This document shows positions 34,260-44,498 of a DNA stretch of 50,741 nt, one piece after another. The position numbers were made by a program, and so were the translations under genes. Source of the DNA: a virus (taxonomy: Duplodnaviria > Caudoviricetes). The stretch covers positions 1 through 50,741 of IMG/VR virus record IMGVR_UViG_3300025141_000149; one strand, given 5' to 3'. Every line of letters begins with the position of its first letter. The first letter of the stretch is position 1. A model generated the notes under the pieces. That model did not search any database, was not told where the DNA came from, and was given only the letters and a program-made list of their open reading frames with translations.

Positions 34260-35822
34260 TTGGCTAATTTAAACCTACATGGCGATATAAGTGAAAATGA
34301 GCAGCTTCTTGCCAATGCCCATAATGATTTAATATTATTCGGTAAACTTTTCTCTCCTCAAGACTTCCTCGCTTCTACAACACCTGATTTTCATGTAGAG
34401 GTGGGGAAGTTACTTTTAAATAAGAAAATACAGCAGTTAGGGCTAGTATTACCACGTGACCATGCTAAATCTACCTTGGCATCAACTGCAATCTTGCATC
34501 GTTTCTTATTCGCAGAGAAAGATAAGCCTGAATTTATCGCCTGGATTGGAGAAGCACAAGATCAGGCAATTGATAACTTAAACTGGGTTATGAGCCATAT
34601 TGAGCTAAATCCAGCTATACATTACTACTTTGGAGACCTCCAAGGGAACAAATGGACAAAAGCCGAGTTTACCCTCACAAATGGCTGTAGAATGATTGCA
34701 AAGGGTGCAAATCAGCGTTTAAGGGGTAAAAAGCAACTTTCGACTAGATTTACAGGAATGGTGCTTGATGACTTCGAGTCAGAGCTAAATACGAAAACAC
34801 CCGATGCAAGACAGCAAATCAAGAACTGGGTTACAGCAGCTGTGTTTCCAGCAATCGACTTCGATAAGGATGGCTTTCTTTGGTGTAATGGTACTATCGT
34901 TCACTGGGATTCTTTCTTAAACGGACTCGTTACGGGTTGGAGGGATGCTCGCAAGAGTGGGGAAGCATATTCTTGGGAAGTCTACACCAAAAAAGCAATT
35001 GAAGATGGTGCATCTATTTGGCCATCTCGCTGGCCATTATCGAAATTAGAAGATCGTAAGCAGTTTTACATTGATAGTGGCACTCCTGCTAAGTTCTATC
35101 AGGAGTATATGAATCAAGCAAAATCACCAGAAGATCAGATTTTTGCTGAGGAAGATATTAACGAAGCACTTTACAGGGGGAATATTAGATTTGAAGAAGC
35201 GTCAGATAGCTGGTACATTAAATTTGATGACGGACACACTGAGTATGTTAACATATATATTGGTGTCGATCCCGCTTCAACTGTTGCTAGCAGGAATGAT
35301 TATAGTGTCATCATGGTTCTTGGTGTCACTTCAGAGTATGATTACTATGTTATTGAGTATTGGCGTGAGCGAGTCCTCCCAATGGAATGTGCTGACAAGA
35401 TTTTTGAGATACTTAAAAGGTATAACCCTGTTAGAAGGGTAAATATAGAAACTATTGCATATCAGGAAATGCTTAGAGACTATGTTCAAAAGCGTAGTAA
35501 AAAAGAGGGGCTTTTCGTTCCAGGCATTGAACAGGGTATTAAAGGGTATACCCAGAAGAAAAAAGACAGATTATTTGAAGGATTGCAACCAATGTTCAAA
35601 GCTGGGGCTGTACATCTTAAAAAACTACATCATGAGTTTATTGGCGAGCTGCTTGATTTTCCAAAAGGTTCACATGATGACACAATTGACGCTTTTTGGC
35701 TAGCAACACAGTATGCTAAGGGAAATCCCAAGGCAGGTAAGAAAAATAAAGATAAACAGAAAGATGGTACTTATCTTAAAGCACGTAAGGCATATAATTG
35801 GATAACAGGCAAACGCACATGA
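34260..35822 (+). CDS. terL: Terminase large subunit
   Basis: LPRDHAKST Walker A variant, VLDDFE Walker B, FYQEYMN, IGVDPA, HDDTIDA nuclease motifs. Confidence 0.95.
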   Translation: MANLNLHGDISENEQLLANAHNDLILFGKLFSPQDFLASTTPDFHVEVGKLLLNKKIQQLGLVLPRDHAKSTLASTAILHRFLFAEKDKPEFIAWIGEAQDQAIDNLNWVMSHIELNPAIHYYFGDLQGNKWTKAEFTLTNGCRMIAKGANQRLRGKKQLSTRFTGMVLDDFESELNTKTPDARQQIKNWVTAAVFPAIDFDKDGFLWCNGTIVHWDSFLNGLVTGWRDARKSGEAYSWEVYTKKAIEDGASIWPSRWPLSKLEDRKQFYIDSGTPAKFYQEYMNQAKSPEDQIFAEEDINEALYRGNIRFEEASDSWYIKFDDGHTEYVNIYIGVDPASTVASRNDYSVIMVLGVTSEYDYYVIEYWRERVLPMECADKIFEILKRYNPVRRVNIETIAYQEMLRDYVQKRSKKEGLFVPGIEQGIKGYTQKKKDRLFEGLQPMFKAGAVHLKKLHHEFIGELLDFPKGSHDDTIDAFWLATQYAKGNPKAGKKNKDKQKDGTYLKARKAYNWITGKRT

Positions 35823-35823
35823 T

Positions 35824-35859
35824 TTGCACTTAACACTAATTTTACAGTAAATTTACTAT
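35824..35859 (+). promoter_or_regulatory. Promoter, probably leaderless, for the portal operon
   Basis: TTGCAC-N17-TAAATT ends 7 nt before the ATG; no SD. Confidence 0.55.
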
Positions 35860-37893
35860 ATGATAGAACAAGATAAAAGAGCAGAAGAGATAAAAGAGCG
35901 GTATCAACGATGGTTTGATGCCCGTAAAGCTTGGGATGAGCAGGCGAGAGAAGACATAGATTTCTATCTCGGCAATCATTTTACAGATGAAGAGGCAAAC
36001 GAGCTTGCTGAGAGAAATCAAATGGGTTTACCCATTGATAGACTGTATGCAGCCATCGAGCAGTTTAAAGCAATTATCACTTCTAAGCCCCCAAAATTTT
36101 CTGCCGTTGGCAGAGAGGATTCTGATGTTAGGCTTGCTAATGTTTGGAAGACTATTTTAGAGTACATATGGGATAATTCTGATGGTGACGAAGTATTTAA
36201 GCAGGTAGTTCATGATTACTCTGTAGCTGGCCTTGGTTACTTTTATGCATATATAGACCCTGAAGATGATTATGGTAGGGGCGAGGTTAAGTTTACCTAT
36301 GTCGATCCGTTTCGTGTCGTTGTTGACCCTAATAGTAGAAGTAAGTGGTTTGATGATGCGTCAGGCATGCAGCTCTCTACAATACTTACAAAACAGCAAC
36401 TTTTAGATGCATATCCTATGCTTGTTGCTCCAGATGAAAATGGAGACACGCTTATTGACAATATTGAAGGATTATCCATTCAGGATGAAGATTATCCATC
36501 TTCCAACAAAAGACAGCAGGGAACAGCATTTACCCCTGATATTGTCAAAGATTATGATTGGGAAAATACTGGAGAGAAGTATAGAATTATAGAAGACTTT
36601 AGAAAAGTCAAAATGCCATTTTTCCGTGTTATTGATCTTCGTAGTGGCCAAGAGAAAGTTTTGGACAATAGTGGGCTTGAAAAGCTTTTAGCGGATGAAA
36701 GAACTGCTGAGGCTTTTGATAAAGGGCTTTTTGATATTGTGCAAGTACAGCAGACAAGAATACAATGTACATGTATTGTCGGACAGGTCATTTTATATGA
36801 AAAAGTCCTTGATACAAATGTATTCCCATTAGTACCCGTACCAAACATTTGGACAAATACTCCTTATCCAATGAGTGATGTCCGTAAGAACAAGGGATTT
36901 CAGAGGTTCTTAAATAAAGTAATGTCTTTAATTACATCGCATGCACAGGCATCGTCAGGCTTGAAGTTGCTAATACCACAGGGTTCTGTACAAGATATAG
37001 AAGAACTGGAACGTGATTGGGCGAATCCCAATGCAACGATTGAATATGACGCTTCATTTGGAGAACCTCACTTTCCCTCTCCACAACCACTCGCTGGATC
37101 AATATTACAGCTACCTCAGATGGTGGAACATTATATTGACTTAAACATTGGAATATTTGAGATGCAGCAGGGAAATACTGAGGTAGCTCCAAGAACATCA
37201 TCTGGAACAATGATGATGGAAGATTTCGGACAAAGACGTAGTAAAAGTAAATTAAGAGATGTTGAGGCAAGTTTAAAACGACTAGGCAAAGTCTGCTATC
37301 ATTTAGCTAAGTCACATTACAGTTTCCAAAAGACATTTAGAATAGTACAGCCCAATAACGATATTAATGAATACACAGTAAATAAGAAGCTTTATGACGA
37401 TAAGACACAAGAGCTTATGACAATTGAAAACAACTTATCTGTTGGTTCATTTGATATACGTGTTATTGGCAATTCCACTATGCCATCTAATAAATGGGGT
37501 GAATGGAATGTATATATGGAAGCCTTCCAAGCAGGTTTAATTGATAAAGTGGAAGCATTAAAGAAAACAGAAATATTTGATAAAGCTGGTGTACTTCAAA
37601 GAACAGATCAAGTTGCACAATTGCAGGCACAATTACAACAAGCTCAAGAGCAAATTAAGAGTCTTAGTGGTGACCTTCAAACTGCAAATCGTGCAGAAGT
37701 ACAATCACGCAAAAGAACTGAAGTTGAAAAATTCAAGGGTAAGCTCAAAGAGCAAGAGTACGACTCTAAAACCCAAAATAAAGTTTCTATTGATAAATTA
37801 TCTAATGCGGTCAAACTCGAATCAGAGAAATTACGTTTAGTGACAGATGTGGAGAAGAAACGTAGTCAGGCTCGTAAATCCGAGAAATCGTGA
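35860..37893 (+). CDS. Portal protein (P22-like)
   Basis: AREDIDFYLGNHF, VVVDPNS, FPLVP, QRFLNK; long C-terminal coiled-coil barrel; follows terL. Confidence 0.9.
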   Translation: MIEQDKRAEEIKERYQRWFDARKAWDEQAREDIDFYLGNHFTDEEANELAERNQMGLPIDRLYAAIEQFKAIITSKPPKFSAVGREDSDVRLANVWKTILEYIWDNSDGDEVFKQVVHDYSVAGLGYFYAYIDPEDDYGRGEVKFTYVDPFRVVVDPNSRSKWFDDASGMQLSTILTKQQLLDAYPMLVAPDENGDTLIDNIEGLSIQDEDYPSSNKRQQGTAFTPDIVKDYDWENTGEKYRIIEDFRKVKMPFFRVIDLRSGQEKVLDNSGLEKLLADERTAEAFDKGLFDIVQVQQTRIQCTCIVGQVILYEKVLDTNVFPLVPVPNIWTNTPYPMSDVRKNKGFQRFLNKVMSLITSHAQASSGLKLLIPQGSVQDIEELERDWANPNATIEYDASFGEPHFPSPQPLAGSILQLPQMVEHYIDLNIGIFEMQQGNTEVAPRTSSGTMMMEDFGQRRSKSKLRDVEASLKRLGKVCYHLAKSHYSFQKTFRIVQPNNDINEYTVNKKLYDDKTQELMTIENNLSVGSFDIRVIGNSTMPSNKWGEWNVYMEAFQAGLIDKVEALKKTEIFDKAGVLQRTDQVAQLQAQLQQAQEQIKSLSGDLQTANRAEVQSRKRTEVEKFKGKLKEQEYDSKTQNKVSIDKLSNAVKLESEKLRLVTDVEKKRSQARKSEKS

Positions 37894-37911
37894 ATATAAA
37901 GGAATGAAACA

Positions 37912-38649
37912 ATGTCAAGTGAAGAACAAGACGTAATCGCTTCTGTTGTCGAAAGTCAAGACAATCATGGCCAACTCGAAAATACAGAAGTAGGGCAAGA
38001 TGAGGGAACAAACAGTGAAGAGGGTTCTACACAAGATTGGGAGACACAAGCAAAGTATCACCAATCTGAGAAGGATAAACTCTATGCTGAGAATCAACAG
38101 CTTAAACAATACGAAAAAGTTGGTAAATTTTTGGAATCACGTCCAGACTTGGTGCAAAACCTTATGTCGGAAGTAGGTCAGCCAGATGATAAACCACAAC
38201 GTGTCACGTTAAAGCCTGATGAATTTGATCCTTGGGAAGCCTACAATGACCCATCATCAGCATCTTATAAATTTAGGATGCAAGAGATGCAGGAAACCAT
38301 AAATGGTGCAGTAGATCAAGCTGTCGGTGGAATTAAAGCACAACAAGGAAGAACAAGTCTTCGTGGTGATTTAATCGCTAAAGGATTAAATGAGCAGGAA
38401 GTAGAACACTTCTTTGAATTTGCTGATAAGCATCCATCCGAATATGGCTTGGACAATGTACTTAAAATGTGGCGTGCTGTATCACAAGCTCCAGAAACTG
38501 TTAATGACAACCCACTCGATAAGATTCGTCAAAATCAGAGTAGTCCTACACCAGCTGGCACTATTGCAGGTGCACAGCCAAGTAGAAGGTCTGAGGAAGA
38601 TAAGATGTGGAATGCAATAATGGGTTCTGGGGATCGAACTAAGTTTTAA
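37912..38649 (+). CDS. Capsid scaffolding protein
   Basis: Acidic N-terminus, coiled coil (AKYHQSEKDKL), between portal and capsid. Confidence 0.75.
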   Translation: MSSEEQDVIASVVESQDNHGQLENTEVGQDEGTNSEEGSTQDWETQAKYHQSEKDKLYAENQQLKQYEKVGKFLESRPDLVQNLMSEVGQPDDKPQRVTLKPDEFDPWEAYNDPSSASYKFRMQEMQETINGAVDQAVGGIKAQQGRTSLRGDLIAKGLNEQEVEHFFEFADKHPSEYGLDNVLKMWRAVSQAPETVNDNPLDKIRQNQSSPTPAGTIAGAQPSRRSEEDKMWNAIMGSGDRTKF

Positions 38650-38677
38650 CTTAAACAAATAAACGGAGGTCATAATA

Positions 38678-40030
38678 ATGGCTATTAATACAGGAATACT
38701 AAATGTAGGTTCTGTTGGTGGAAGCACAGTAGATAGTGCTAGTTTAGACACCAGAAGAATGTACAACTTCAGTGACAGAGTCGCTGATTTAGCTCCAGAA
38801 GAGTCTCCATTTTTTGTTTATCTTAGCAAAGTTGCGAAAGTTCCAACAGATGATCCTACATTCCGTTTCCTAGAGAATCGGACTAAGGTTTCTTGGACAG
38901 ATCGTTCTTTCTTGTTGCAGGGTTCATGTGATTTCCCAGCAGCTGGAAGTACCGTATCTTGTACTGTAGATACATCTGGTGGTGCAAGTGTTGATTGGTT
39001 AGTAAAGGGCATGGTTATAGCGGTTGGTGGATTTGATTCATCAACTGATGCTCCCGAGACTATCATTGCACGTGTTGAAACTGGCCCTGTAGATAATGGT
39101 AGTGATACTACCTTTACTGCAAAGTCTATTTCAAAGCATGCCAGTGCAGCCTCTACTACTCTTACCAATACCAAGTGTACTGTTATTGGAACATCTTTCG
39201 CAGAAGGTTCGGGTTCTCCTGATGTATGGTCAGAAGGTCTTGACGATGACTATGGATATACCCAAATCTTTAAAACTGCTGCTGAGATGAGCAATACCTC
39301 GATTGCTACACGCTATCGTGGGTATGAAAATGAATGGCAACGAATCTGGAACTTAAAACTAAGAGAGCACAAAGTTGACATAGAAAGAGCAATGCTCTTT
39401 AGTCATCGTGCTAGTGTAAGTTCAATAAACTACTCAGAAGGAATAGTAGGTCATATAGTAAAGAACGCAACAGTAAATACAGACAACAGTGCACTTTCTT
39501 ATACAAGTGGTGCACCGTATTTTCGTACTTCATCTGCTGCTAATTTTACATATGATCGTTTACTAGGAGACTTCGAGGTACTTTATGATCCTGCACGTGG
39601 TGGTTCTAATAACAAGCTTGCTCTTGCAGGTTTACCAGTAATCACGGAATTTAACAAATTCGGTGGAGCATTTGTAGATAGTACGATTAATGCTGGCAAT
39701 GTTGAAAACTTTGCTCGGTATAACATTGCAGAGAAGCAAGGTAGTTTTGGACATTCTATAATGGAAGTTAATACTGTTCATGGTACTATGTCTCTTGTTA
39801 AAGAACCTCTCTTCAGGGGATTTGCACAGTCCTACTTATGTCTTTGTGATATGAGTAATCTTGCATATCGTCCTCTGGTTGGTAACGGATTAAATCGTGA
39901 TACGAGCATTACAACTAATGTTCAGCAGGCTGATGAAGACTTACGGAAAGACTTGATTCTTACCGAAGCAGGTCTTGAAGTCGCTTTGCCTGAGTCACAC
40001 ATGTTATACAACCTAGAAGGAGCTGCATAA
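38678..40030 (+). CDS. Major capsid protein (DUF5309/SU10-like)
   Basis: GGAGG RBS; LAPEESPF, YTQIFKT, EHKVDIERAMLF, ILTEAGLEV. Confidence 0.9.
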   Translation: MAINTGILNVGSVGGSTVDSASLDTRRMYNFSDRVADLAPEESPFFVYLSKVAKVPTDDPTFRFLENRTKVSWTDRSFLLQGSCDFPAAGSTVSCTVDTSGGASVDWLVKGMVIAVGGFDSSTDAPETIIARVETGPVDNGSDTTFTAKSISKHASAASTTLTNTKCTVIGTSFAEGSGSPDVWSEGLDDDYGYTQIFKTAAEMSNTSIATRYRGYENEWQRIWNLKLREHKVDIERAMLFSHRASVSSINYSEGIVGHIVKNATVNTDNSALSYTSGAPYFRTSSAANFTYDRLLGDFEVLYDPARGGSNNKLALAGLPVITEFNKFGGAFVDSTINAGNVENFARYNIAEKQGSFGHSIMEVNTVHGTMSLVKEPLFRGFAQSYLCLCDMSNLAYRPLVGNGLNRDTSITTNVQQADEDLRKDLILTEAGLEVALPESHMLYNLEGAA

Positions 40031-40584
40031 TGAGAGCTGATAAACTAAATAGTAACAGTGGTAGTTATGGCAAATTTGACTTTGTCACATATTCTAAGGA
40101 TATGGCTTTTGCTAGTGAAAAATGGCAAGACTTGGTCAAAAATGGCGAACTAACATCGTTGGCAGTTGTAGATGCTACTGTAGATGCTGGTATAACTCTA
40201 GTTAAGAACTATCAGTATCTATCAGCATGGTTGGCAGATGCTACATCGGCAATAACATTACCAGCAGCAGAAGAAGGCGTATTTATAGCCTTTGTTCAAA
40301 CTGCTGACGCAGATGCAGCTAATGCTATGACAATAACTTGTGCTAGTGGTGATACATTCGAGCCTTATCAAGAGATTCGTATTGGAACTGGTATCCCAGC
40401 CCAACAGGATTCATCTGTTGCAGCGGATTCAGTTATTACAATAACACCTTCAGCCACCAATGGTGGATGGGGTATGACAGGAAGTTATTACCTGCTTTAT
40501 TGTAAAAATGATGGCGAATGGCTTGTTAAAGTTAATGGTATCAAAGAAGGTACTGGTGCAACATCAACTATTGCTTTTAGCTAA
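40030..40584 (+). CDS. Probable capsid decoration/auxiliary protein
   Basis: Translationally coupled to the capsid gene; beta-rich, ITLPAAEEG. Confidence 0.6.
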   Translation: MRADKLNSNSGSYGKFDFVTYSKDMAFASEKWQDLVKNGELTSLAVVDATVDAGITLVKNYQYLSAWLADATSAITLPAAEEGVFIAFVQTADADAANAMTITCASGDTFEPYQEIRIGTGIPAQQDSSVAADSVITITPSATNGGWGMTGSYYLLYCKNDGEWLVKVNGIKEGTGATSTIAFS

Positions 40585-40620
40585 ACCTAAATAAATAAGG
40601 GTTAACAGTTTTGCTTACTG

Positions 40621-40650
40621 TGGGGCAGGTCGTATAAAGGGCTTGCCCCA
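40621..40650 (+). other. GC-rich hairpin after the capsid genes
   Basis: TGGGGCAGGTC/GGCTTGCCCCA, G-U pairs valid on the + strand; no U-tract. Confidence 0.6.
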
Positions 40651-40669
40651 GACAAGCTAAATAAAAATT

Positions 40670-40813
40670 ATGATTATCAAAGCAATTATATTATCAACAA
40701 TGTTAAACAGTGACCCAGCTATTACTATTGCAATGCCTCCTGTTAAAATTGAAGCAAGGAAGCGTAATAAGGGTAATAAAGGTCGCAGAAGAGGTGGTGG
40801 AGGTTTACGTTAA
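40670..40813 (+). CDS. Small basic protein (47 aa, not in ORF track)
   Basis: Hydrophobic N-terminus, tail ARKRNKGNKGRRRGGGGLR. Confidence 0.5.
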   Translation: MIIKAIILSTMLNSDPAITIAMPPVKIEARKRNKGNKGRRRGGGGLR

Positions 40814-40814
40814 T

Positions 40815-41021
40815 ATGGGAAGAATAATAAAAGATATAGTTAAATCAACAAGTTTCCCAGGTGTACAATCATTAAATGAGTATGATGATATGAACTGGGA
40901 GGATGTAAATATTAATTGGGGCGTTTCATTGTCTGAGAGTGCTTTATCATCTTGGGGTACTGATAGTCAAGACACACGTAGAAAATTTAATTTTGATCCA
41001 GAAAGGTTAAGGGTAGCATAA
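40815..41021 (+). CDS. Hypothetical virion-region protein (start MGRIIK)
   Basis: GGAGG upstream of the ATG at 40815; WEDVNINW motif. Confidence 0.55.
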   Translation: MGRIIKDIVKSTSFPGVQSLNEYDDMNWEDVNINWGVSLSESALSSWGTDSQDTRRKFNFDPERLRVA

Positions 41022-41287
41022 TGCCATTTAAATCAGATAAACAAAGAAGGTGGATGCACACTAATAAGCCAGAAATGGCTAAAAGATGGGAAGCGGAAGC
41101 AAAGGCACAAATGGGAGGTGTATTAAATGGCCCACCACATGAACAGGGTGGCATCCCAATTGAAGCAGAGGGTGGAGAGTTTATAATTAAAAAGGACTCG
41201 GTAAATGCGAGTACATTAGATATGTTAGAATATGTTAACGAGCATGGAGATTTACCAATGTCCGATGCTAGAAAAAGGAGAAAGTAA
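41021..41287 (+). CDS. Small virion-region protein
   Basis: MPFKSDKQRRWM N-terminus; GGVLNGPPHEQGGIPIEAEGGEFII. Confidence 0.75.
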   Translation: MPFKSDKQRRWMHTNKPEMAKRWEAEAKAQMGGVLNGPPHEQGGIPIEAEGGEFIIKKDSVNASTLDMLEYVNEHGDLPMSDARKRRK

Positions 41288-41288
41288 A

Positions 41289-41411
41289 ATGGCAATAGGA
41301 AAATTTTTAAAAGGAATTGGAAAAGATTTAAAGAAGGGTCTTAAAGGTTCTAATCCAGCGGGAAATGAAGTAGGTACAGGGATGTATAAAGAAGGTGGAA
41401 AGGTAAAATAA
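41289..41411 (+). CDS. Small Lys/Gly-rich protein (40 aa, not in ORF track)
   Basis: AGGAG RBS; ends MYKEGGKVK. Confidence 0.6.
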   Translation: MAIGKFLKGIGKDLKKGLKGSNPAGNEVGTGMYKEGGKVK

Positions 41412-41412
41412 T

Positions 41413-41625
41413 ATGGCTATAATATTCTTTTGTCATAAATGTAATACAAAGATAGAGTGTGAAACAAAGGCAGAGATGATATGTGATTGTGGGCATTATG
41501 TCAAGAAACATAATAACACAAAAGATCATGTCAATATGCGTACAACTTGGTCTGGAACTACACAGGTAGAATTTAATCAAACAACAATGGAAAAATCCAT
41601 TGAAGACATGGGGAACAATAATTAA
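41413..41625 (+). CDS. Small zinc-ribbon protein
   Basis: CHKC...CDCG. Confidence 0.65.
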   Translation: MAIIFFCHKCNTKIECETKAEMICDCGHYVKKHNNTKDHVNMRTTWSGTTQVEFNQTTMEKSIEDMGNNN

Positions 41626-42776
41626 TGGCTTGGTCGTTTTCAGATGAAATACATGCATTAGCTGGATATGATGCTGATAGTACAAGTACAACTGTCTCAG
41701 GAGAGACTTTTGTAGTACATACTAATCAGTGGCTTACAGAGGGAGCAAGAGAAGTTATAAATAATCTCCCTTCTAATCTTCAAAAACTATGTACTGCTAT
41801 GCAATCATTTACATCTGCAGCTGCTGGTTCTGAGGCAGAGACATTAAATACTGGTAAGGTATTTGGGGTATTCGCTGGTAGTGTTAATTGTAGGTCGATT
41901 GACAATACGGAGAAATATAGAGCCGAGGATAGTGGAGATGTTTTATATGCAACGAGTACTGATCCAGCATATTACATTGAATCAAATTTTATTAATGTTT
42001 TGCCAGCAAGTTTATCTTGTAAGTACGAAGAAGTTCAATATCCAACTGTTGCAAATACCGACACTTCTATATCTGTATTCCCAGATGAAGCAGAGCATCT
42101 TGTAGTATTATATGCTGCAATGAAGGCACTCCAATATAGAATGCAAATAAAGTCAAGCGACTTACCATCTGACACCGAATTAAATGAAGTTCCCCCAGAT
42201 GTTCCAACATTAACTTCTATCACATTTTCAAGTATTGATAGTGCCGTAGATGCAACTCTTGTAGCAGCAGCCACAAGCACTACACTTGGAGGATCGTCTA
42301 CAGCTCCTGCTTATGATGCTACTATTGGAGACACAGAAATTGGAGAAGCCTCTACAGCATTAGATAATGAGGATATGGAATTAGCATCTGCGAGGCTTCA
42401 AGAGGCTCAAGTTCTCATGCAACAAGAGCTCAGTGAATTTAATCAATTAAATATTGCATTTCAGGCAGGCGTGCAAGAAGCAATGGCAGAATTTCAATCT
42501 TCCAATCAGATAGCAATTGGTAACGCAGAAAGAAGTCAAAATAGGCAATTACAAAATTCTACAAATGATATGCAGGCAATTGTTCAAAATAATCAAAGTT
42601 TAATTAGTAAATATACAGCAGAATCTTCAGCATATTCAGCAGGAGTTAATGCACAAGTTCAAGAATTTACAACAAAAATACAAAAGCATACAGCTGATTA
42701 CCAATGGCTTCAAGGTCAATACGCTTCACTTAAAGCTGATTATGTGGCAGGTCTTACAGCATTGAAAGGTACATAA
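41625..42776 (+). CDS. Head-tail adaptor-like protein with Gln-rich coiled-coil extension
   Basis: WLTEGAREVIN, PAYY, FPDEAEHLVVLYAA; synteny. Confidence 0.6.
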   Translation: MAWSFSDEIHALAGYDADSTSTTVSGETFVVHTNQWLTEGAREVINNLPSNLQKLCTAMQSFTSAAAGSEAETLNTGKVFGVFAGSVNCRSIDNTEKYRAEDSGDVLYATSTDPAYYIESNFINVLPASLSCKYEEVQYPTVANTDTSISVFPDEAEHLVVLYAAMKALQYRMQIKSSDLPSDTELNEVPPDVPTLTSITFSSIDSAVDATLVAAATSTTLGGSSTAPAYDATIGDTEIGEASTALDNEDMELASARLQEAQVLMQQELSEFNQLNIAFQAGVQEAMAEFQSSNQIAIGNAERSQNRQLQNSTNDMQAIVQNNQSLISKYTAESSAYSAGVNAQVQEFTTKIQKHTADYQWLQGQYASLKADYVAGLTALKGT

Positions 42777-42777
42777 C

Positions 42778-43137
42778 ATGACAGTTAAAGATATAGTATC
42801 ACAGGTAGAAATGCTTTATGGAAAGAAGTCTCATACATACTTATTTAGGCTTATAAATGACTGTCTTTTAGACATGTCATCAGAGGTACAAAGCTATCAA
42901 AAAACAGCAAAAGAAACATTAACACAATATCAGAGATGGTATCCACTAAAAGACTTTGCGGATGTCAATGGAAGTGCTACAACAGATATAATTGATGTAT
43001 TTAGGGTAGAGATATTAGATAGTGATAGTAGATATAATCTTATTCCCAAAATATCTGATCCGCATAAACTATTAAAAGAAGATACTGATGATAGCACTCT
43101 CAGTCATTCAAATACAACAGGGGATGTAACTAGCTAA
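42778..43137 (+). CDS. Adaptor-like virion protein
   Basis: MTVKDIVSQV...LINDCL...QRWYPL. Confidence 0.55.
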   Translation: MTVKDIVSQVEMLYGKKSHTYLFRLINDCLLDMSSEVQSYQKTAKETLTQYQRWYPLKDFADVNGSATTDIIDVFRVEILDSDSRYNLIPKISDPHKLLKEDTDDSTLSHSNTTGDVTS

Positions 43138-43138
43138 T

Positions 43139-43561
43139 ATGGCACTTAAAGATAAACCAAATAGTAAGTTCGGATGGTTCTTAGACAATGAAGCTCATCA
43201 TGGATCACGTATGTGTGTCCTTGTTGATAGAGCTTCAACAGATTCAACGAATAGAGAAGGCAATTATGATACATATAATGAAGATAGCGTTACAGATGGC
43301 ATTCGTATTCATTATCATGCAAAGTATCCAGAAGTAGATGCACTTACCGATAATTTTGCAAACTTTGGGACAACGACAAATTCAAGCTATATTGATACAG
43401 GATTACATCCTGCTATACTTGATTATGTAAAAGCAAGAATAGAAGAAGATAATGGTGCATTTGATAAGGCTGGGTTTTTTATGAACAAATATAAAGAGAA
43501 GATACATAAGTATCCTCACCGCAAGTCAGGTGCAAGATCACTTAGTGTGCCACGAATTTAA
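43139..43561 (+). CDS. Adaptor-like virion protein
   Basis: IHY...LHPAILDYVKAR. Confidence 0.55.
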   Translation: MALKDKPNSKFGWFLDNEAHHGSRMCVLVDRASTDSTNREGNYDTYNEDSVTDGIRIHYHAKYPEVDALTDNFANFGTTTNSSYIDTGLHPAILDYVKARIEEDNGAFDKAGFFMNKYKEKIHKYPHRKSGARSLSVPRI

Positions 43562-43935
43562 TGGCAAAAAGAATCCTATATAAAAATCACTGTACACCAC
43601 AAGAACAAGTATCAAGTGGTGGAAGATATTATTTAGATGGAGATTGTGGACGTAAGCTTACAGGTTCTAATCTATATGAACTTGGGAGTGATACAACTAC
43701 AACAGGGACGCTTACCGCTACTGGTGATCTTGGTTCTGATTCAGGATTTGATTTTATAGCTGTAACTGCTACATCTATAACATCTGGCACAGTCTTGTTA
43801 TCTTTAGATAATGGGACTACACAGATTATTAAGCTTTTAGAGGGGGAATGTTTTGCCTCTAAGATAGCAAGTGGGGCACAGCCAGTTGTCACAATATCTG
43901 GAACAGCAACAGTAGACTATATGACAGGGACTTAA
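43561..43935 (+). CDS. Beta-rich virion protein
   Basis: Coupled ORF; shares (T/I)PQ and DF(I/L) patterns with the next gene. Confidence 0.6.
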   Translation: MAKRILYKNHCTPQEQVSSGGRYYLDGDCGRKLTGSNLYELGSDTTTTGTLTATGDLGSDSGFDFIAVTATSITSGTVLLSLDNGTTQIIKLLEGECFASKIASGAQPVVTISGTATVDYMTGT

Positions 43936-43937
43936 AT

Positions 43938-44483
43938 ATGGCAACACCAAATGATAGAAGGGTAATATGGGGATCACATGTAATACCGCAAGTTAGTTTT
44001 ACCACTACTGATCTAGAGGAGACAAGAGAAGAAGGGTCTAGTGTTGGGAGGGCAGATTATACTGATTACAAACTTGACACAACAGTAGCAAAGAGATTTG
44101 GCGGTAAGGGAAGTGTTGATATAAACTCTGAGCAAGATATTGATGGATGGGTATCATTTGAACATCCAGGTGAAACATGGGATTCGCTGAGTCAGTCTAC
44201 AGATGCTTGGAACTTAAATGAGGTTATCTGGGATGGTGAGCGTGGGGTAACGACAAGTTCTACCACTCTTAGAAGTGATACTGTGAATATAGACTTTTTA
44301 TATGTAAAGAATTTAGGTAGTGTAGAATGTCAATTAGCTCTTGAAGGAGATGAATTTGATATATTAATACCAAGCGGAGCAGCTGTATCAATGAGGGTTA
44401 ATAGTATAAGCTCGGATGATATTAAAGTGCAGACTGCTTCTAGCACTACAACAATAGAATACGTAATAGCAAAAACGCCTTAA
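43938..44483 (+). CDS. Beta-rich virion protein
   Basis: DFLYVKN...IEYVIA. Confidence 0.6.
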   Translation: MATPNDRRVIWGSHVIPQVSFTTTDLEETREEGSSVGRADYTDYKLDTTVAKRFGGKGSVDINSEQDIDGWVSFEHPGETWDSLSQSTDAWNLNEVIWDGERGVTTSSTTLRSDTVNIDFLYVKNLGSVECQLALEGDEFDILIPSGAAVSMRVNSISSDDIKVQTASSTTTIEYVIAKTP

Positions 44484-44498
44484 TAGGGAGAAACTGAA

